Assembly: GCA_021811385.1 (NCBI GenBank)
Contig: JAJZPC010000003.1
Coordinates: forward strand, 3,263-67,262
Direction: 5' to 3'
Source of the DNA: Deltaproteobacteria bacterium
GTDB lineage: Bacteria; Desulfobacterota; Desulfobulbia; Desulfobulbales; Desulfurivibrionaceae
DNA length: 64,000 bases
In this document: positions 1 to 10,264 of the stretch, piece after piece
Position numbering within the stretch: the stretch's first letter is position 1
Layout: each line of letters opens with the position of its first letter
Notes under the pieces: generated by a model
What the model was told of the DNA's origin: nothing
Seen by the model: the letters and a program-made list of their open reading frames with translations, nothing else
Databases searched by the model: none
Translations under genes and position numbers: made by a program

Positions 1-254
1 CATTGCCGAATAAGCGTATGCACAGACAAGGAGGTGGCCGGGCAGAGTTTGGGAAAAAAATTCTGGAGAGGAAAACTCCTCAATCAACGGGTGGCGGCCC
101 GGAAAGTAGACCTTGCTCCAGAAAAAAACAGCAACTGTTTGGGTACAGGTTGAAATCGAACATTGAAAGATGCTTACAAAAATAACTCCCTGGCCGGGAG
201 TGAGTTGAAACTGAATTGTAATCTGCAGGTAAAAAATCTAAGGGAGGAAAAATC

Positions 255-1439
255 ATGTTGAACACATTCTCACTCGCTGAGGTGGCAGAGGAAAAGGTCG
301 CTACCCCGACCGTGACCAAAGCTACCATCCTGTGCGCGATTCTGGCCCTGGTCGGTGTCGGCGCCGGTCTCTATGCCCAGGTAGTCGGGCATGAACACGC
401 CTTTGCCAACACCCGGGAGATGCCCTGGGGTATCCTGATCGCGAACTATGCCTATTTCGCCATCATCTCCACCGGCCTCTGTCTGCTTGCCGTGCTGAGC
501 CACATCTTCGGCCACAACCGTTTGACCGCGCTCGCCAACCGCATGGTGTATCTCTCCATCGTGGTCATCTTCGGCGGGTTCCTTATTATCGGCCTTGAGC
601 TTGAAAATCCCCATCGCATGCTCCTGTACAACATGCTTTCCCCGAACCTGACCTCCAACATCTGGTGGATGGGAACCCTGTACAGCATGGCCGTGGGCTT
701 CATGTTTGTCGAGTTTTACCTGATCCTGACCAAGAAATACTCCATGGCTGTTACCCTTGGCGTACTTGGCGCCTTGGCTGAGCTTGCGGCCAACACCAAC
801 CTGGGCGCGGTATTCGCGACCCTTTCCGCGCGTCCTTTCTGGTACGGTTCCCAGCTGCCCGTCTATTTTCTTGCTTCCGCGGTTATGACCGGTTCCGCCG
901 CGATCATCCTGTTCAGCAACTGGGCCTATAAGATGCGTGGCGAGGAAATGAGCCAGTCCACCCGTGAAGGTCTCCAGGGCGCCGGCAAGGTTATGTTCAG
1001 CACCCTTGTGCTGCTTGTTATTGCCACGACCTGGAAGTTCATCGCCGCCTTTGCCGGTGGCGCCGAGGAAGCGCGTCTTGCCGCCCTGAGCCTGATCCAG
1101 GGCCCGCTCTCCATGAATTTTTGGGTCTTCGAGACCGTGGTCGGCATGCTTGCCCCCATCGTGATCATGACCCTCTCCCGGATGAAGAGTCAGCAGGCTC
1201 TTTCCGCCGCCGCCCTCATGGTGTTGGTCGGTGCGTACTTTCAGCGCTTTGATATCGTGGTCGCCGGCCAGATCGTGCCGATCTACAACGGTTTTGATGA
1301 ACTGCCGACCTATCTGTCCTACATCCCCTCCGCGGCGGAGTTTTTGATCGCCCTGGGTGGTTTCGGGGTGGTTGGTCTCGGGTTCCTCCTTGGCGAGCGC
1401 TTTTTCGGCAAGGCCTTCCGGCCCAGCGGTCATCATTGA
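255..1439 (+). CDS. nrfD: NrfD/PsrC-family polysulfide reductase-type membrane anchor subunit
   Basis: About 10 hydrophobic helices; PWG-x4-NYAYF, LELENPHR-x7-SPNLTSNIWWM, ARPFW and RFDIVVAGQ motifs typical of NrfD; GGAGG RBS. Confidence 0.85.
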   Translation: MLNTFSLAEVAEEKVATPTVTKATILCAILALVGVGAGLYAQVVGHEHAFANTREMPWGILIANYAYFAIISTGLCLLAVLSHIFGHNRLTALANRMVYLSIVVIFGGFLIIGLELENPHRMLLYNMLSPNLTSNIWWMGTLYSMAVGFMFVEFYLILTKKYSMAVTLGVLGALAELAANTNLGAVFATLSARPFWYGSQLPVYFLASAVMTGSAAIILFSNWAYKMRGEEMSQSTREGLQGAGKVMFSTLVLLVIATTWKFIAAFAGGAEEARLAALSLIQGPLSMNFWVFETVVGMLAPIVIMTLSRMKSQQALSAAALMVLVGAYFQRFDIVVAGQIVPIYNGFDELPTYLSYIPSAAEFLIALGGFGVVGLGFLLGERFFGKAFRPSGHH

Positions 1440-1529
1440 TCACTTGCCCGCACGAGGCTGAGTAAAGACAAATGACCTCCCGCGGGCGGGATTGCCTGCC
1501 CGCGGGAAGCTCAAACCGGAGAAGAGACA

Positions 1530-1883
1530 ATGATATCTGACAATAAGGCAATCTTCACCATAGGGACCGCAGCGAAAATGCTGGAAGTGCATCCGCGGAC
1601 CTTGAGGATCTACGAGAGGGAAAACCTGATCAAGCCTTTACGGAATGGGCAGTGGCGCTACTACACCATGGATGACATCAAGTGGATTCAGTGCCTGCGG
1701 GACATGATCCATGAGCACGGCATCAGCATCGCGGCCATCAAGAAGTTGTTGCAGTACACCCCCTGCTGGAACATCGCCGATTGCTCCTTTGAAAAAAGAA
1801 AGCAATGCACGGCCTTTATGTCCAGCGGACTGGTCCCCAGAAAGATCAGCGTGGAACAGAGATCCGGGGATGTTGCCGCCTGA
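1530..1883 (+). CDS. MerR-family transcriptional regulator (HspR-like HTH) with C-terminal Cys cluster
   Basis: IGTAAKMLEVHPRTLRIYERENLI-RNGQWRYY MerR HTH; tail PCWNIADC-x7-C. Confidence 0.85.
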   Translation: MISDNKAIFTIGTAAKMLEVHPRTLRIYERENLIKPLRNGQWRYYTMDDIKWIQCLRDMIHEHGISIAAIKKLLQYTPCWNIADCSFEKRKQCTAFMSSGLVPRKISVEQRSGDVAA

Positions 1884-1920
1884 GCGATGGACGGCTGTTT
1901 TTTACACAAGGAGAACGACA

Positions 1921-2157
1921 ATGACCACCATTACGCAGTTTCTGGATAAAATCAATCTCAGCGGTTTGGGTGCGGACGAAGCAGCGGGAAGCGTTCCGGT
2001 CCGGGTTTCTTTCCGGCAGGTCAGTGAGGCTTTGTGGGGGATTGCGACCTTTGCCCTGTTTCTTCTCCTGGGGCCGTTTTCCGCCATTGCCGCTGTCTGC
2101 GGCGTGGTTTCCCTGGCGAAACAAGGGAATGGGGTCGAGCCGGAGGCGATGATCTGA
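1921..2157 (+). CDS. small hypothetical membrane protein (78 aa)
   Basis: AAGGAG RBS before ATG 1921; one long hydrophobic segment. Confidence 0.6.
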   Translation: MTTITQFLDKINLSGLGADEAAGSVPVRVSFRQVSEALWGIATFALFLLLGPFSAIAAVCGVVSLAKQGNGVEPEAMI

Positions 2158-2299
2158 GGTGAGGCTCCGCAAGGCAAATAGTTTTGCCCTGAAAGATACG
2201 GAAGGCGCCTGCCATGATTTCTGTGATCAGGAGTGAGTGACCAGTTGGAGAAGAACAGACTGGTGATTGACCCTTGGTTGCAGGATGGCGTAAGGCAAG

Positions 2300-2330
2300 A
2301 AAAGCTGCTCGATTGAGCGGCTTTTTTTTT
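2300..2330. terminator. bidirectional intrinsic terminator
   Basis: AAAAGCTGCTC-gatt-GAGCGGCTTTTTTTTT between convergent genes. Confidence 0.75.
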
Positions 2331-2348
2331 GTCTGTGAAGCAGGCGGC

Positions 2349-2675
2349 TTATTTGTGGCAGCCGTCACATTTAACCGCGCCCTGGTTTTTGGCCTTGTGG
2401 CATCCCAGACAGAGGGCGTGTCCCTGTTTGAAGTCCCATCTCCTGTCCGCCGGAAAGTCGGCGTTTTTGTGACATGCGTCGCACCCAATCTTGGCTTGGT
2501 GCTTGGCGTGTGGAAACATCGCCGGCTTCTTGCCCGTTTCGGTCTTCAGAATGATCTCGGCAGGGCCGGGGGGAAGAGGAGGCTCTGGTCCTTTATTCGA
2601 GGTTTGTTGCGCTCCATGGGCTGGCGTATTCAGAATAATCAGCATGCAGGCGAGTGCGAGGGGTGGATATTTCAT
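2349..2675 (-). CDS. periplasmic triheme cytochrome c7 (PpcA/c3-like), paralog 2
   Basis: Signal peptide; CDACH, CLGCH, CDGCH plus three distal His (PHAKH, GH). Confidence 0.85.
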   Translation of the reverse strand: MKYPPLALACMLIILNTPAHGAQQTSNKGPEPPLPPGPAEIILKTETGKKPAMFPHAKHQAKIGCDACHKNADFPADRRWDFKQGHALCLGCHKAKNQGAVKCDGCHK

Positions 2676-2726
2676 AGGCGTTGGGGGTATGGTCGGTCCG
2701 GCCTCTGTCGTTTATAAAATGGACAT

Positions 2727-2778
2727 AAAAAAAGCTGCCCGTCGAGACTCAACCGAGACTCAACCGAGCAGCTTTTTT
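2727..2778 (-). terminator. intrinsic terminator between the two c7 genes; loop has an 11-bp tandem duplication
   Basis: AAAAAAGCTGC...GCAGCTTTTT stem; loop contains GAGACTCAACC x2. Confidence 0.65.
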
Positions 2779-2795
2779 GTTCTACGAAGCAAGAA

Positions 2796-3095
2796 TTACT
2801 TGTGGCAATCGGGGCACTTGGTCGGGCCGCCTTTGGCCTTGTGGCAATCCTGGCACAGACCATGGCCTTTCTTCATGTCCCATTTCTTGTCCGCCGGGAA
2901 GTTTGCGTTCTTGTGGCAAGAATCGCAATCCTGCTTGGCCTGGTGCTTGGCATGGGGGAATACGGCGGGTTTCTTGCCTGCCTCGGTCTTCAGGGTGATA
3001 TCGGCCGGACCCTTGTCTGCGGCAAGAGCGGAGCCTGCAACGGCAAAGCCGAAAACAAGCGCGAAGGCTGCGGAACAGATAACGGATTTCTTCAT
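2796..3095 (-). CDS. periplasmic triheme cytochrome c7 (PpcA/c3-like), paralog 1
   Basis: Signal peptide ending ALA; CDSCH, CQDCH, CPDCH; PHAKH and GH distal ligands; GGPTKC motif. Confidence 0.9.
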   Translation of the reverse strand: MKKSVICSAAFALVFGFAVAGSALAADKGPADITLKTEAGKKPAVFPHAKHQAKQDCDSCHKNANFPADKKWDMKKGHGLCQDCHKAKGGPTKCPDCHK

Positions 3096-3253
3096 TGTTC
3101 TTCTCCCTTAATACAGTTGGTTTATAAAATTGGGTTTATGAATCCCCATTCACTTACAAATAATGTTGTTTTATAAACCCACTTGCCAAGCCTTGTCAAG
3201 CAGGAAGAATATTTTACTCCGGCCGGATTGTTCCTTGCTGCCGGGGGCTTAAC

Positions 3254-4099
3254 TCAGTTGCCGCCGTAGCTGTGCAGGCCGGAAAGCAGGAAGTTGACGC
3301 CATAGTAGGTGAAGATCACGGAGATGAAACCGAGCACCGCCAGCCAGGCGATGCGTCTCCCTCCCCAGCCCCTGGTGAATCTGGCATGGAGGGTTGCCGC
3401 GTAGACGAACCAGGTGATCAGCGACCAGGTTTCCTTGGGATCCCAGCTCCAGTAGGTACCCCAGGCGGAGTTGGCCCAGACGGCGCCGGTAATGATGCCG
3501 GCGGAGAGCCAGAGAAAGCCGAAGACCAGCGTCTTGTGGATGATATCGTCGATCACCTTGAGTTCCGGCAGGGAGGCGAGAAGGGACTCAGGGGCCGCGT
3601 TGGTCTTCCGGTCCTTGATCAGGTACATGATTCCCATGCCGCAAGCCACGGCAAAGGCCGCATAGCCGACGAAGCAGGTGATGACGTGGGCGATGAGCCA
3701 GTTGCTTTGCAGGGCCGGGATCAGCGGTTTGATTTCCTTGCCGAATTTTGGGGAGAAGGAGGCGTAGGCCATGCTCAGGAAGGCAAAGGGCATGGAGAAA
3801 GCGCCCAGAACCCTGTTCTTGTGCTTCCACTCCAAGCCGAGGTAGAAGATGGCAATGGCCCAGGCGAAGAAGACCAGGGACTCGTACATGTTGGAAAGGG
3901 GCGCGTAACCGATGCCGGCCTGATACGATTCCTGCCACCGCAGGCCGATGCCCGCAGTGTTGATCAGGAAGGCGGCAACCGTGACCAGCGTGGCGAAAAG
4001 GCCGAGTTTTTTTGCCCGGAAGACAAAGATCGCGATGTAGAGCATTGCGGAGAAAAGGTAGGCAAAAGTTGTGATGCCCAAAAGTTGTGAACTATTCAT
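3254..4099 (-). CDS. ccsB: cytochrome c biogenesis system II WWD-domain protein (CcsB/CcsA/ResC)
   Basis: WANSAWGTYWSWDPKETW tryptophan-rich motif, LQSNWLIAHV, GLHSY. Confidence 0.95.
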   Translation of the reverse strand: MNSSQLLGITTFAYLFSAMLYIAIFVFRAKKLGLFATLVTVAAFLINTAGIGLRWQESYQAGIGYAPLSNMYESLVFFAWAIAIFYLGLEWKHKNRVLGAFSMPFAFLSMAYASFSPKFGKEIKPLIPALQSNWLIAHVITCFVGYAAFAVACGMGIMYLIKDRKTNAAPESLLASLPELKVIDDIIHKTLVFGFLWLSAGIITGAVWANSAWGTYWSWDPKETWSLITWFVYAATLHARFTRGWGGRRIAWLAVLGFISVIFTYYGVNFLLSGLHSYGGN

Positions 4100-4108
4100 G
4101 GCAGATCC

Positions 4109-5464
4109 TTAAGCGTTTTGAAACGTGGAGTCGTGAGTGAAAGAGTCGACAAGGGCGGTAAATTCTTTTTCAAAGGCGATCTTGTTCTTGCTGGTGGCGC
4201 CGCAAACCAGGATCCGGCAGCGATCCGCAGCCTCTTCCCTGGCAATATATACCCAAATTCTCCGGTGCGAAAGAAAGAAAGCGACGTACAGGCCGATCAG
4301 CATGAGGAGGCACCCGGCATAAACGGTCCAGACCCCGGGATCCTTCGCCACCTGAAGGCCGGTGGCGTAGACCTGGCTTGCCTCGAATTCATATGCGGCT
4401 GTCGGGCGGGAAACGGTCTGGGTTGCGTTGTTGTCCATCCAGAAGATGCTGGGTTCGCCCTGCCCGTCGAAGAACCAGACCTTCAGCCTGTTGACGTCTC
4501 CCATGCGGCTGCGAACCTCCTGGTTGATGACCCCGAAATCAATGCCTCCTTCCGTCCAGCTGATCTTCTGGCCAAAGGGAATCTGGAAGGTTTGCCTGGT
4601 CTTGGTGGTTTTGTTGGTGATAACCACATTGAAGCCCTGCATGGGTTCGTAGCTGGATTGGTAGAAGGTGATCCCCTTGTAGTTCAAGGGATCGTTGACG
4701 ATGATGGGTCGCTTGTCAATGGTGACTTTGCCGTTCTCCAGCACAGAGAGGTCGGAACGGAATTCCTTCGGGGTTGCCCCATCCGCGTAGAATGAAACGT
4801 TGAAATTGTCGCATCGCAAGGTGAAGCCAAGGGGGAGGGGCTTTCCGGTGCCGGTTTCGTAAACGGTGTCGGTTTCTCTGCCCTCCGGGAGCATGATGCC
4901 TGCCTTGAACCCGAGCGTGGAGCCGACGATGGCTCCGGCAAAAATAACAAGAATGCTGAGGTGAACCGCATAAACGCCCAATCGGCTCCAGGCGTTCTTC
5001 TGGGAAAAAAGAAGCGGGCCGCCCGGTTTGTTTGCCGTTTGCGCCTTCCAGCCGTTCCTGGCCAGAAGGGTGGCGGCGGTATCCGCAAGGGCGGCGGCGT
5101 CGCCGCGGGCATGAAATACCTGGCGGTGCGGCATCTTTTCCAGCCGTTCCGGGTCGGTGTCAAGGTTGTTCATCACCACCATTTGCCAGACGTTGGGCAA
5201 CCGGTCGATGGTGCAGACGATGAGGTTGATGCTGAACAAAAGAAGCAGGGTGATGAACCACCAGGAGTTGTACATGTCCGGCACGTCGAGCATCTGGAAG
5301 AACTGCGCGGTGCGCTGGCCAAAGTTCTCGATGTAAAACTCGGGGGGGTTCTTTTGCGGAATCAGGGTGCCGATGATGGAGGTCGTGGCCAGGATCAGCA
5401 GGGTAAAAAGGGCAAGCCTGACGGATGCGAAAGAACGCCATACCATGTTGTCTGTTTTTTTCAT
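4109..5464 (-). CDS. resB: cytochrome c biogenesis protein ResB/Ccs1
   Basis: IIGTLIPQ, YNSWWF, VNDPLNYKGITFYQSSY, TGLQVAKDPG motifs; operon with ccsB. Confidence 0.92.
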   Translation of the reverse strand: MKKTDNMVWRSFASVRLALFTLLILATTSIIGTLIPQKNPPEFYIENFGQRTAQFFQMLDVPDMYNSWWFITLLLLFSINLIVCTIDRLPNVWQMVVMNNLDTDPERLEKMPHRQVFHARGDAAALADTAATLLARNGWKAQTANKPGGPLLFSQKNAWSRLGVYAVHLSILVIFAGAIVGSTLGFKAGIMLPEGRETDTVYETGTGKPLPLGFTLRCDNFNVSFYADGATPKEFRSDLSVLENGKVTIDKRPIIVNDPLNYKGITFYQSSYEPMQGFNVVITNKTTKTRQTFQIPFGQKISWTEGGIDFGVINQEVRSRMGDVNRLKVWFFDGQGEPSIFWMDNNATQTVSRPTAAYEFEASQVYATGLQVAKDPGVWTVYAGCLLMLIGLYVAFFLSHRRIWVYIAREEAADRCRILVCGATSKNKIAFEKEFTALVDSFTHDSTFQNA

Positions 5465-5921
5465 ATGGGCCTTGTGACGAGAAGGTTTTTGAGGTGTTGA
5501 ACCGAGGATTGGATAGGTGTTTTCTCTTGGCGGCAGGGGAGCCGCATTGGGTAATTATCTGTAGTCTCTACCCGTGTTTGCCGGGGGCTGTCAATAAAAA
5601 AACTTCCAGGCAAACGGGATGTTAGCCTGAATACAGGCCGTTGCTGCATGGCCTGGTCTGTCAACGGGTCCGGGAAGAATGGCAGGTGGTGCTTCCGTCT
5701 GTCGAGTAGACACCGCACTGTCCTGTTTGTTCCGTTCTTTTTCGTCGGGCTGCATTTTTCCCGGCATGGAGAAAAAAAGAGAACAAAATACTTGTCAAGC
5801 TCCGGGAGAAGGTGTATACATTTTCCTCTTTGAAAAGGGACCAGTCCGGAAGAAATCAGGCTGTCCCTGGTATGGTGATTTCAAGATACCCGCTGGCGCG
5901 GTTTGTTAAAGGAGTTATGTC

Positions 5922-6116
5922 ATGTCAAAAAAATGTGCGATTTGTGGAAAAGGTCCGAACACCGGCAACAATGTAAGCCATGCCAATAACAAGAACAGAA
6001 GGCGCTGGCTGCCGAATCTGCAGCGGGTAAGAATGGCCACCTCCGGCGGCAACGGCATGCATGTTCGTGTGTGCACCCGTTGCATCCGTTCCGGCGCCGT
6101 GATCAAGCCTGCCTGA
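5922..6116 (+). CDS. rpmB: 50S ribosomal protein L28
   Basis: [32 protein letters not shown]. Confidence 0.97.
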   Translation: MSKKCAICGKGPNTGNNVSHANNKNRRRWLPNLQRVRMATSGGNGMHVRVCTRCIRSGAVIKPA

Positions 6117-6138
6117 ACCATATTTAGATAGGTAATGC

Positions 6139-6179
6139 AAAGCCCCTGTTTCGTGATACGAAGCAGGGGCTTTTTTTTT
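6139..6179. terminator. intrinsic terminator (rpmB / RSH convergent)
   Basis: AAAGCCCCTGTTTCG-tgata-CGAAGCAGGGGCTTTTTTTTT. Confidence 0.8.
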
Positions 6180-6242
6180 GTGATAACGCGCAGGCAGAGA
6201 TAGCTCTCTATCCTGCCGATTTTCTCCGGCCTTTCCCAGGGC

Positions 6243-8399
6243 TCAGGTTCTTCTCGCCTCCAGAACTCCGTCAAGCTGCTGCACATGCTGCAACAGACGC
6301 AAAAGATGTTCCCTGCTGTTTATCTCAAGAACGATGGAGATCTTGGCGATCCCGCCGTTTGAGGTCGTGGCTTCAAGGTTGAGGATGTTGGCGTCGTCAT
6401 GGCTGATCGCGTTGCTGAGCGTGGCCAGAAGTCCTCTCTGGTCGCGGGCGATAACCTGAATCTGGGCCCGGTGGGTAGCCTTGATGCCCTCGGCCCATCT
6501 GACCGCGATAAGGCGTTGCTGGTCCGAGGCCGCGAGGTTGGGGCAAGACGCTTTGTGCACGGAAATGCCCCGGCCCGAGGTGATGAAGCCCACGATCTCG
6601 TCCCCCGGCACCGGCATGCAGCAATGGCTGATCTTGGTCAGGACATTGTCCGCGCCGCTCACCTGGATGATGTTGCCCTTGTCCTGCTTTCCCCCACTCT
6701 TGGGCAGGGGTGTCTCCGGAATAATATCCTCCGGCAGGGTGTCCCGGATTTCCTGGGGCTGCAATTCCTTGATGATGGACTGAATCGTCATCTTCCCCGA
6801 ACCCACCCTCCGCATGAGGTCGTCCAGGGAGTTGCAGGCAATGGCTTTAAGGAGCTCCTTGAGGTGTCCGGTCTTGATCAGTTTTTTCAGGCTGATGTTG
6901 TGGCGTTTCAGTTCGCGCTCACTGATTTCCCTGCCGACCTGCAGGGTCTTTTCCCGCTCTTCCTGGTTGAGCCACTGGCGGATCCGGCTTTTTGCCCGCG
7001 CGGTTTTGACCAGGCCGAGCCAGGAGCGGTTGGGCTTTTGTTTGGGCGAGGTGATGATTTCCACCAGATCGCCGTTTTTGAGCTGGGTTTTGAGCGGGGC
7101 GATGAGCCCGTTGATCTTGGCGCCGGTGCAGCGGTTGCCCACCTCGGTATGGATGCCGTAAGCAAAGTCGATGGGGGTGCTGCCCTTGGGGAATTCCTTT
7201 ACCTCGCCGGTGGGGGTGAGGACGAAGATCTCCTCCTCGTAGAGCTCCCCCTTGACCGCATCGAGGAACTCCCTGGGATCTTCCAGCTCCTGGAGGGTGT
7301 GCACCAGCTGCTTGAGCCATTTGAAAAGCTTGGCGTCCTTGGTGGTGATGGCCTTGCCTTCCTTGTAGGCCCAATGGGCGGCAATGCCCTCCTTGGCGAC
7401 CTGATCCATCTCCTCGGTGCGGATCTGGACCTCCATGAATTCCCCGCGCAACCCCACCACCGAGGTATGCAGCGACTGATACAGATTGCTTTTCGGGGAG
7501 CTGATGAAGTCCTTGAAGCGCCCGTCCACCGGCGGCCACAGCGAATGGATGATGCCCAGGGCCTCGTAGCACTCCTTGACCGAAGAGACGATGATCCGGA
7601 AAGCAACCCGGTCGTAGACCTTTTCGAAGGGGATATTCTGGACCACGAGTTTTTTGTAGATGCTGTAAAGATGCTTGGGGCGGCCCAGGACCCGGAATTT
7701 CTTGAGGCCATGCTCGGTCAGCTTCTCGTTGAGTAGCGCCTTGACCTCGTCCACGTAGGTCTCCCGATCCGCCAGGGAGGTGTGGATCTTGGTGGCGAGA
7801 TCCTCGTATTCGTCGGGATGGAGATGCGAGAAGGAGAGGTCTTCCAGCTCGCGTTTGAGCCAGTCGATGCCCAACCGGCTGGCCAGGGGGGCATAGAGAT
7901 CCATGGTCTCCTGGGCGAATTCCACCTGTTTTTCCCGGGGAACATGGCGCAGGGACTGCATGTCGTGCAGCCGGTCGGCCAGCTTGACCAGTAAAACCCG
8001 GATGTCCGAAGACATGGCCAGAAGCAGCTTCCGGATGTTTTCCGCCTGGTAGGCGAGGCGGCTGTTGAACTGGACATCGGTGATCTTGGTGGCGCCCTTG
8101 ACGATGTTGGTGACATCATTGCCAAAGGTTTCGCGGAGTTTTTTCTCCGTCTCCTTGAGGTCGTCGGCTTTCTTGAGCACGCCGTGCAGGAGGCCGGCGC
8201 AGAGGGTGGGGACATCGAGGCGCATGGTGGCCAGGATGTCCGTGACCATCAGGGCGTGGTACAGGTAGGGGCGGCCGGAGAGCCGATGCTTGCCCGAGTA
8301 GAACTCCTTGGCAAAATCATGGGCCTTGATGAGCAGGGCGAGGTCTTCCTCGGGCATGTAGCCCCTGGCCCGTTCGACTATTGCTTCGATGGTAACCAT
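6243..8399 (-). CDS. relA: long RelA/SpoT homolog, (p)ppGpp synthetase with TGS and ACT domains; HD motif degenerate
   Basis: KLADRLH, GRPKHLYSI, RFKDFISSPKSNLYQSLHT, AAHWAYKE, TPIDFAY, CCMPVPGD; likely start MVTIE at 8399. Confidence 0.93.
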   Translation of the reverse strand: MVTIEAIVERARGYMPEEDLALLIKAHDFAKEFYSGKHRLSGRPYLYHALMVTDILATMRLDVPTLCAGLLHGVLKKADDLKETEKKLRETFGNDVTNIVKGATKITDVQFNSRLAYQAENIRKLLLAMSSDIRVLLVKLADRLHDMQSLRHVPREKQVEFAQETMDLYAPLASRLGIDWLKRELEDLSFSHLHPDEYEDLATKIHTSLADRETYVDEVKALLNEKLTEHGLKKFRVLGRPKHLYSIYKKLVVQNIPFEKVYDRVAFRIIVSSVKECYEALGIIHSLWPPVDGRFKDFISSPKSNLYQSLHTSVVGLRGEFMEVQIRTEEMDQVAKEGIAAHWAYKEGKAITTKDAKLFKWLKQLVHTLQELEDPREFLDAVKGELYEEEIFVLTPTGEVKEFPKGSTPIDFAYGIHTEVGNRCTGAKINGLIAPLKTQLKNGDLVEIITSPKQKPNRSWLGLVKTARAKSRIRQWLNQEEREKTLQVGREISERELKRHNISLKKLIKTGHLKELLKAIACNSLDDLMRRVGSGKMTIQSIIKELQPQEIRDTLPEDIIPETPLPKSGGKQDKGNIIQVSGADNVLTKISHCCMPVPGDEIVGFITSGRGISVHKASCPNLAASDQQRLIAVRWAEGIKATHRAQIQVIARDQRGLLATLSNAISHDDANILNLEATTSNGGIAKISIVLEINSREHLLRLLQHVQQLDGVLEARRT

Positions 8400-8436
8400 G
8401 CTGTCGGCGCCGGTAATGTTTTTGGGTGTGGGCCGC

Positions 8437-10161
8437 TTATTCGGGCGGAGCCAGAGCGGCGCGGACCAGGTCAACGAGTTTCGGTCCGGCTTCGGCCAGG
8501 GGCAGGTTCAAGGTCGCGCCGGTGGCCCGGTCCCGGATCTCCACCTCTCCTTTTTCGCTGAAGCCCTTGCCCACCATGAGCCGGTAGGGGATGCCGAGCA
8601 GGTCCGCGTCCTTGAACTTGCTGCCAGGCCGCTCATCCCGGTCGTCCAGGAGCACCTCGATCCCGCTCTTGCCCAGCTGTTGGTACAGCTCGTCGGCAGC
8701 AGCGGTGATCGCCTCGTCCTTGGGCGAGAGGTTCAGGAGGATGACCTGGAAGGGCGCGATGGGCAGCGGAAAGATGATGCCGTCCTTGTCGTGGTTCTGC
8801 TCGATGGCCGCAGCCACGGTGCGGCTGACCCCGATGCCGTAGCAGCCCATGATGAAGGGCTGTTCCGCTCCCTGGTTGTCCAAAAAGGTCGCCTTGAGCG
8901 CTTCGCTGTAGTTGGTGCCCAGCTTGAAGATGTGCCCCACCTCGATGCCGCGGGTCAGTTCGAGGCTGCCGCCGCAGGCCGGGCAACGGTCTTCGCTGGT
9001 GACCTGGCGCAGGTCGGTGATGGTCTGCGGGGTAAAGTCGCGATTGAGGTTGGCGTTGAGCAGATGGAAGTTCTTTTCATTGGCGCCGATGGCGAAGTTG
9101 TGCATCCGGGAGAGTTCGTTGTCTGCCAACACGGGGATGGTCAGGCCGATGGGGCCGAGGTAGCCGCTGGGCACGCCGGTGGCGTCGAAGATCTCCTTGT
9201 CGTCGGCCAGGCGCAGGTGGTCGGTGTTCACCCCCAAGGCGTTGGCGAGCTTGACCGTCTGCACCTCGTGGTCGCCGCGGAGCAGGACCGCCACCGGTTT
9301 GTCCTCGGCCATATAGACCAGGGTCTTGACCAGCTCCTTGGCTGAAATCTTCAGGAATTCCGTGACCGCGGCCACCTTTTTCTTGCCTGGGGTTTCGATT
9401 TTTTCCAGGGCGAGCAGGGGCGGCGCTGCCGGGGCTGTCGGGGTCTGGCAGCGGGCCTTCTCCATGTTGGCCGCGTATTCGCAGCCCTTGCAGATCACGA
9501 TGGTGTCTTCGCCGGTGTCGGCCAGAACCATGAACTCGTGGGAAAAACTGCCGCCGATGGTGCCGGTGTCCGCTTCCACCGCCCGGAAGGCCAGGCCGCA
9601 GCGGGAAAAGATCCGGTGGTAGGCCTCGTGCATTTTTTTGTAGGTCGCGTCGGCCCCTTCCTCGGTGGCGTCGAAGCTGTAGCCGTCCTTCATGATGAAC
9701 TCCCTGCCGCGCATCAGGCCGAAGCGGGGCCGGATCTCATCCCTAAACTTGGTCTGGATCTGGTAGAGATTCAGGGGCAGTTCCTTGTAGGAATGGACAT
9801 TGAACCGGATCAGGTCGGTGATCACCTCTTCATGCGTTGGTCCGAGGCAGCTTTCCCGTCCGTGCCGGTCGGTGAAGCGCAGCAACTCGGGCCCATACTT
9901 TTCCCAGCGCCCGGATTCCTGCCAGAGATCCCCCGGCTGAACCATGGGCAGGAGCAGCTCCTGGGCCCCGGCCCGGTTCATCTCCTCGCGGACGATGCGC
10001 TCGACCTTGCGGATGGAAGCAAGGCCCAGGGGCAAGTAGGAGTAAATGCCCGAGGAGAGTTTTCTGATAAATCCGGCCCGGAGCAGCAACTGGTGGCTGA
10101 CCACCTCGGCTTCGGAGGGGGTTTCTTTCAGGGTGGGGATGAGAAGCTGGGAAAAACGCAT
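8437..10161 (-). CDS. proS: proline--tRNA ligase
   Basis: [43 protein letters not shown]; editing insertion domain. Confidence 0.98.
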   Translation of the reverse strand: MRFSQLLIPTLKETPSEAEVVSHQLLLRAGFIRKLSSGIYSYLPLGLASIRKVERIVREEMNRAGAQELLLPMVQPGDLWQESGRWEKYGPELLRFTDRHGRESCLGPTHEEVITDLIRFNVHSYKELPLNLYQIQTKFRDEIRPRFGLMRGREFIMKDGYSFDATEEGADATYKKMHEAYHRIFSRCGLAFRAVEADTGTIGGSFSHEFMVLADTGEDTIVICKGCEYAANMEKARCQTPTAPAAPPLLALEKIETPGKKKVAAVTEFLKISAKELVKTLVYMAEDKPVAVLLRGDHEVQTVKLANALGVNTDHLRLADDKEIFDATGVPSGYLGPIGLTIPVLADNELSRMHNFAIGANEKNFHLLNANLNRDFTPQTITDLRQVTSEDRCPACGGSLELTRGIEVGHIFKLGTNYSEALKATFLDNQGAEQPFIMGCYGIGVSRTVAAAIEQNHDKDGIIFPLPIAPFQVILLNLSPKDEAITAAADELYQQLGKSGIEVLLDDRDERPGSKFKDADLLGIPYRLMVGKGFSEKGEVEIRDRATGATLNLPLAEAGPKLVDLVRAALAPPE

Positions 10162-10264
10162 GGGGCACCTGGTGAATGTTTGAGTGTGAACCTTATTACT
10201 CCCCCTCCCCCGCCAGGGGGGAGGGAATTTTGGGGGCTTTCGCGGAGGGTCAAACGTTTACAAA

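Noticed and set aside
5465-5921. Riboswitch or sRNA in the long resB-rpmB spacer
   Set aside because: Only a loose inverted repeat (CCCGTGTTTGCC/GGCAAACGGG); no recognisable aptamer consensus
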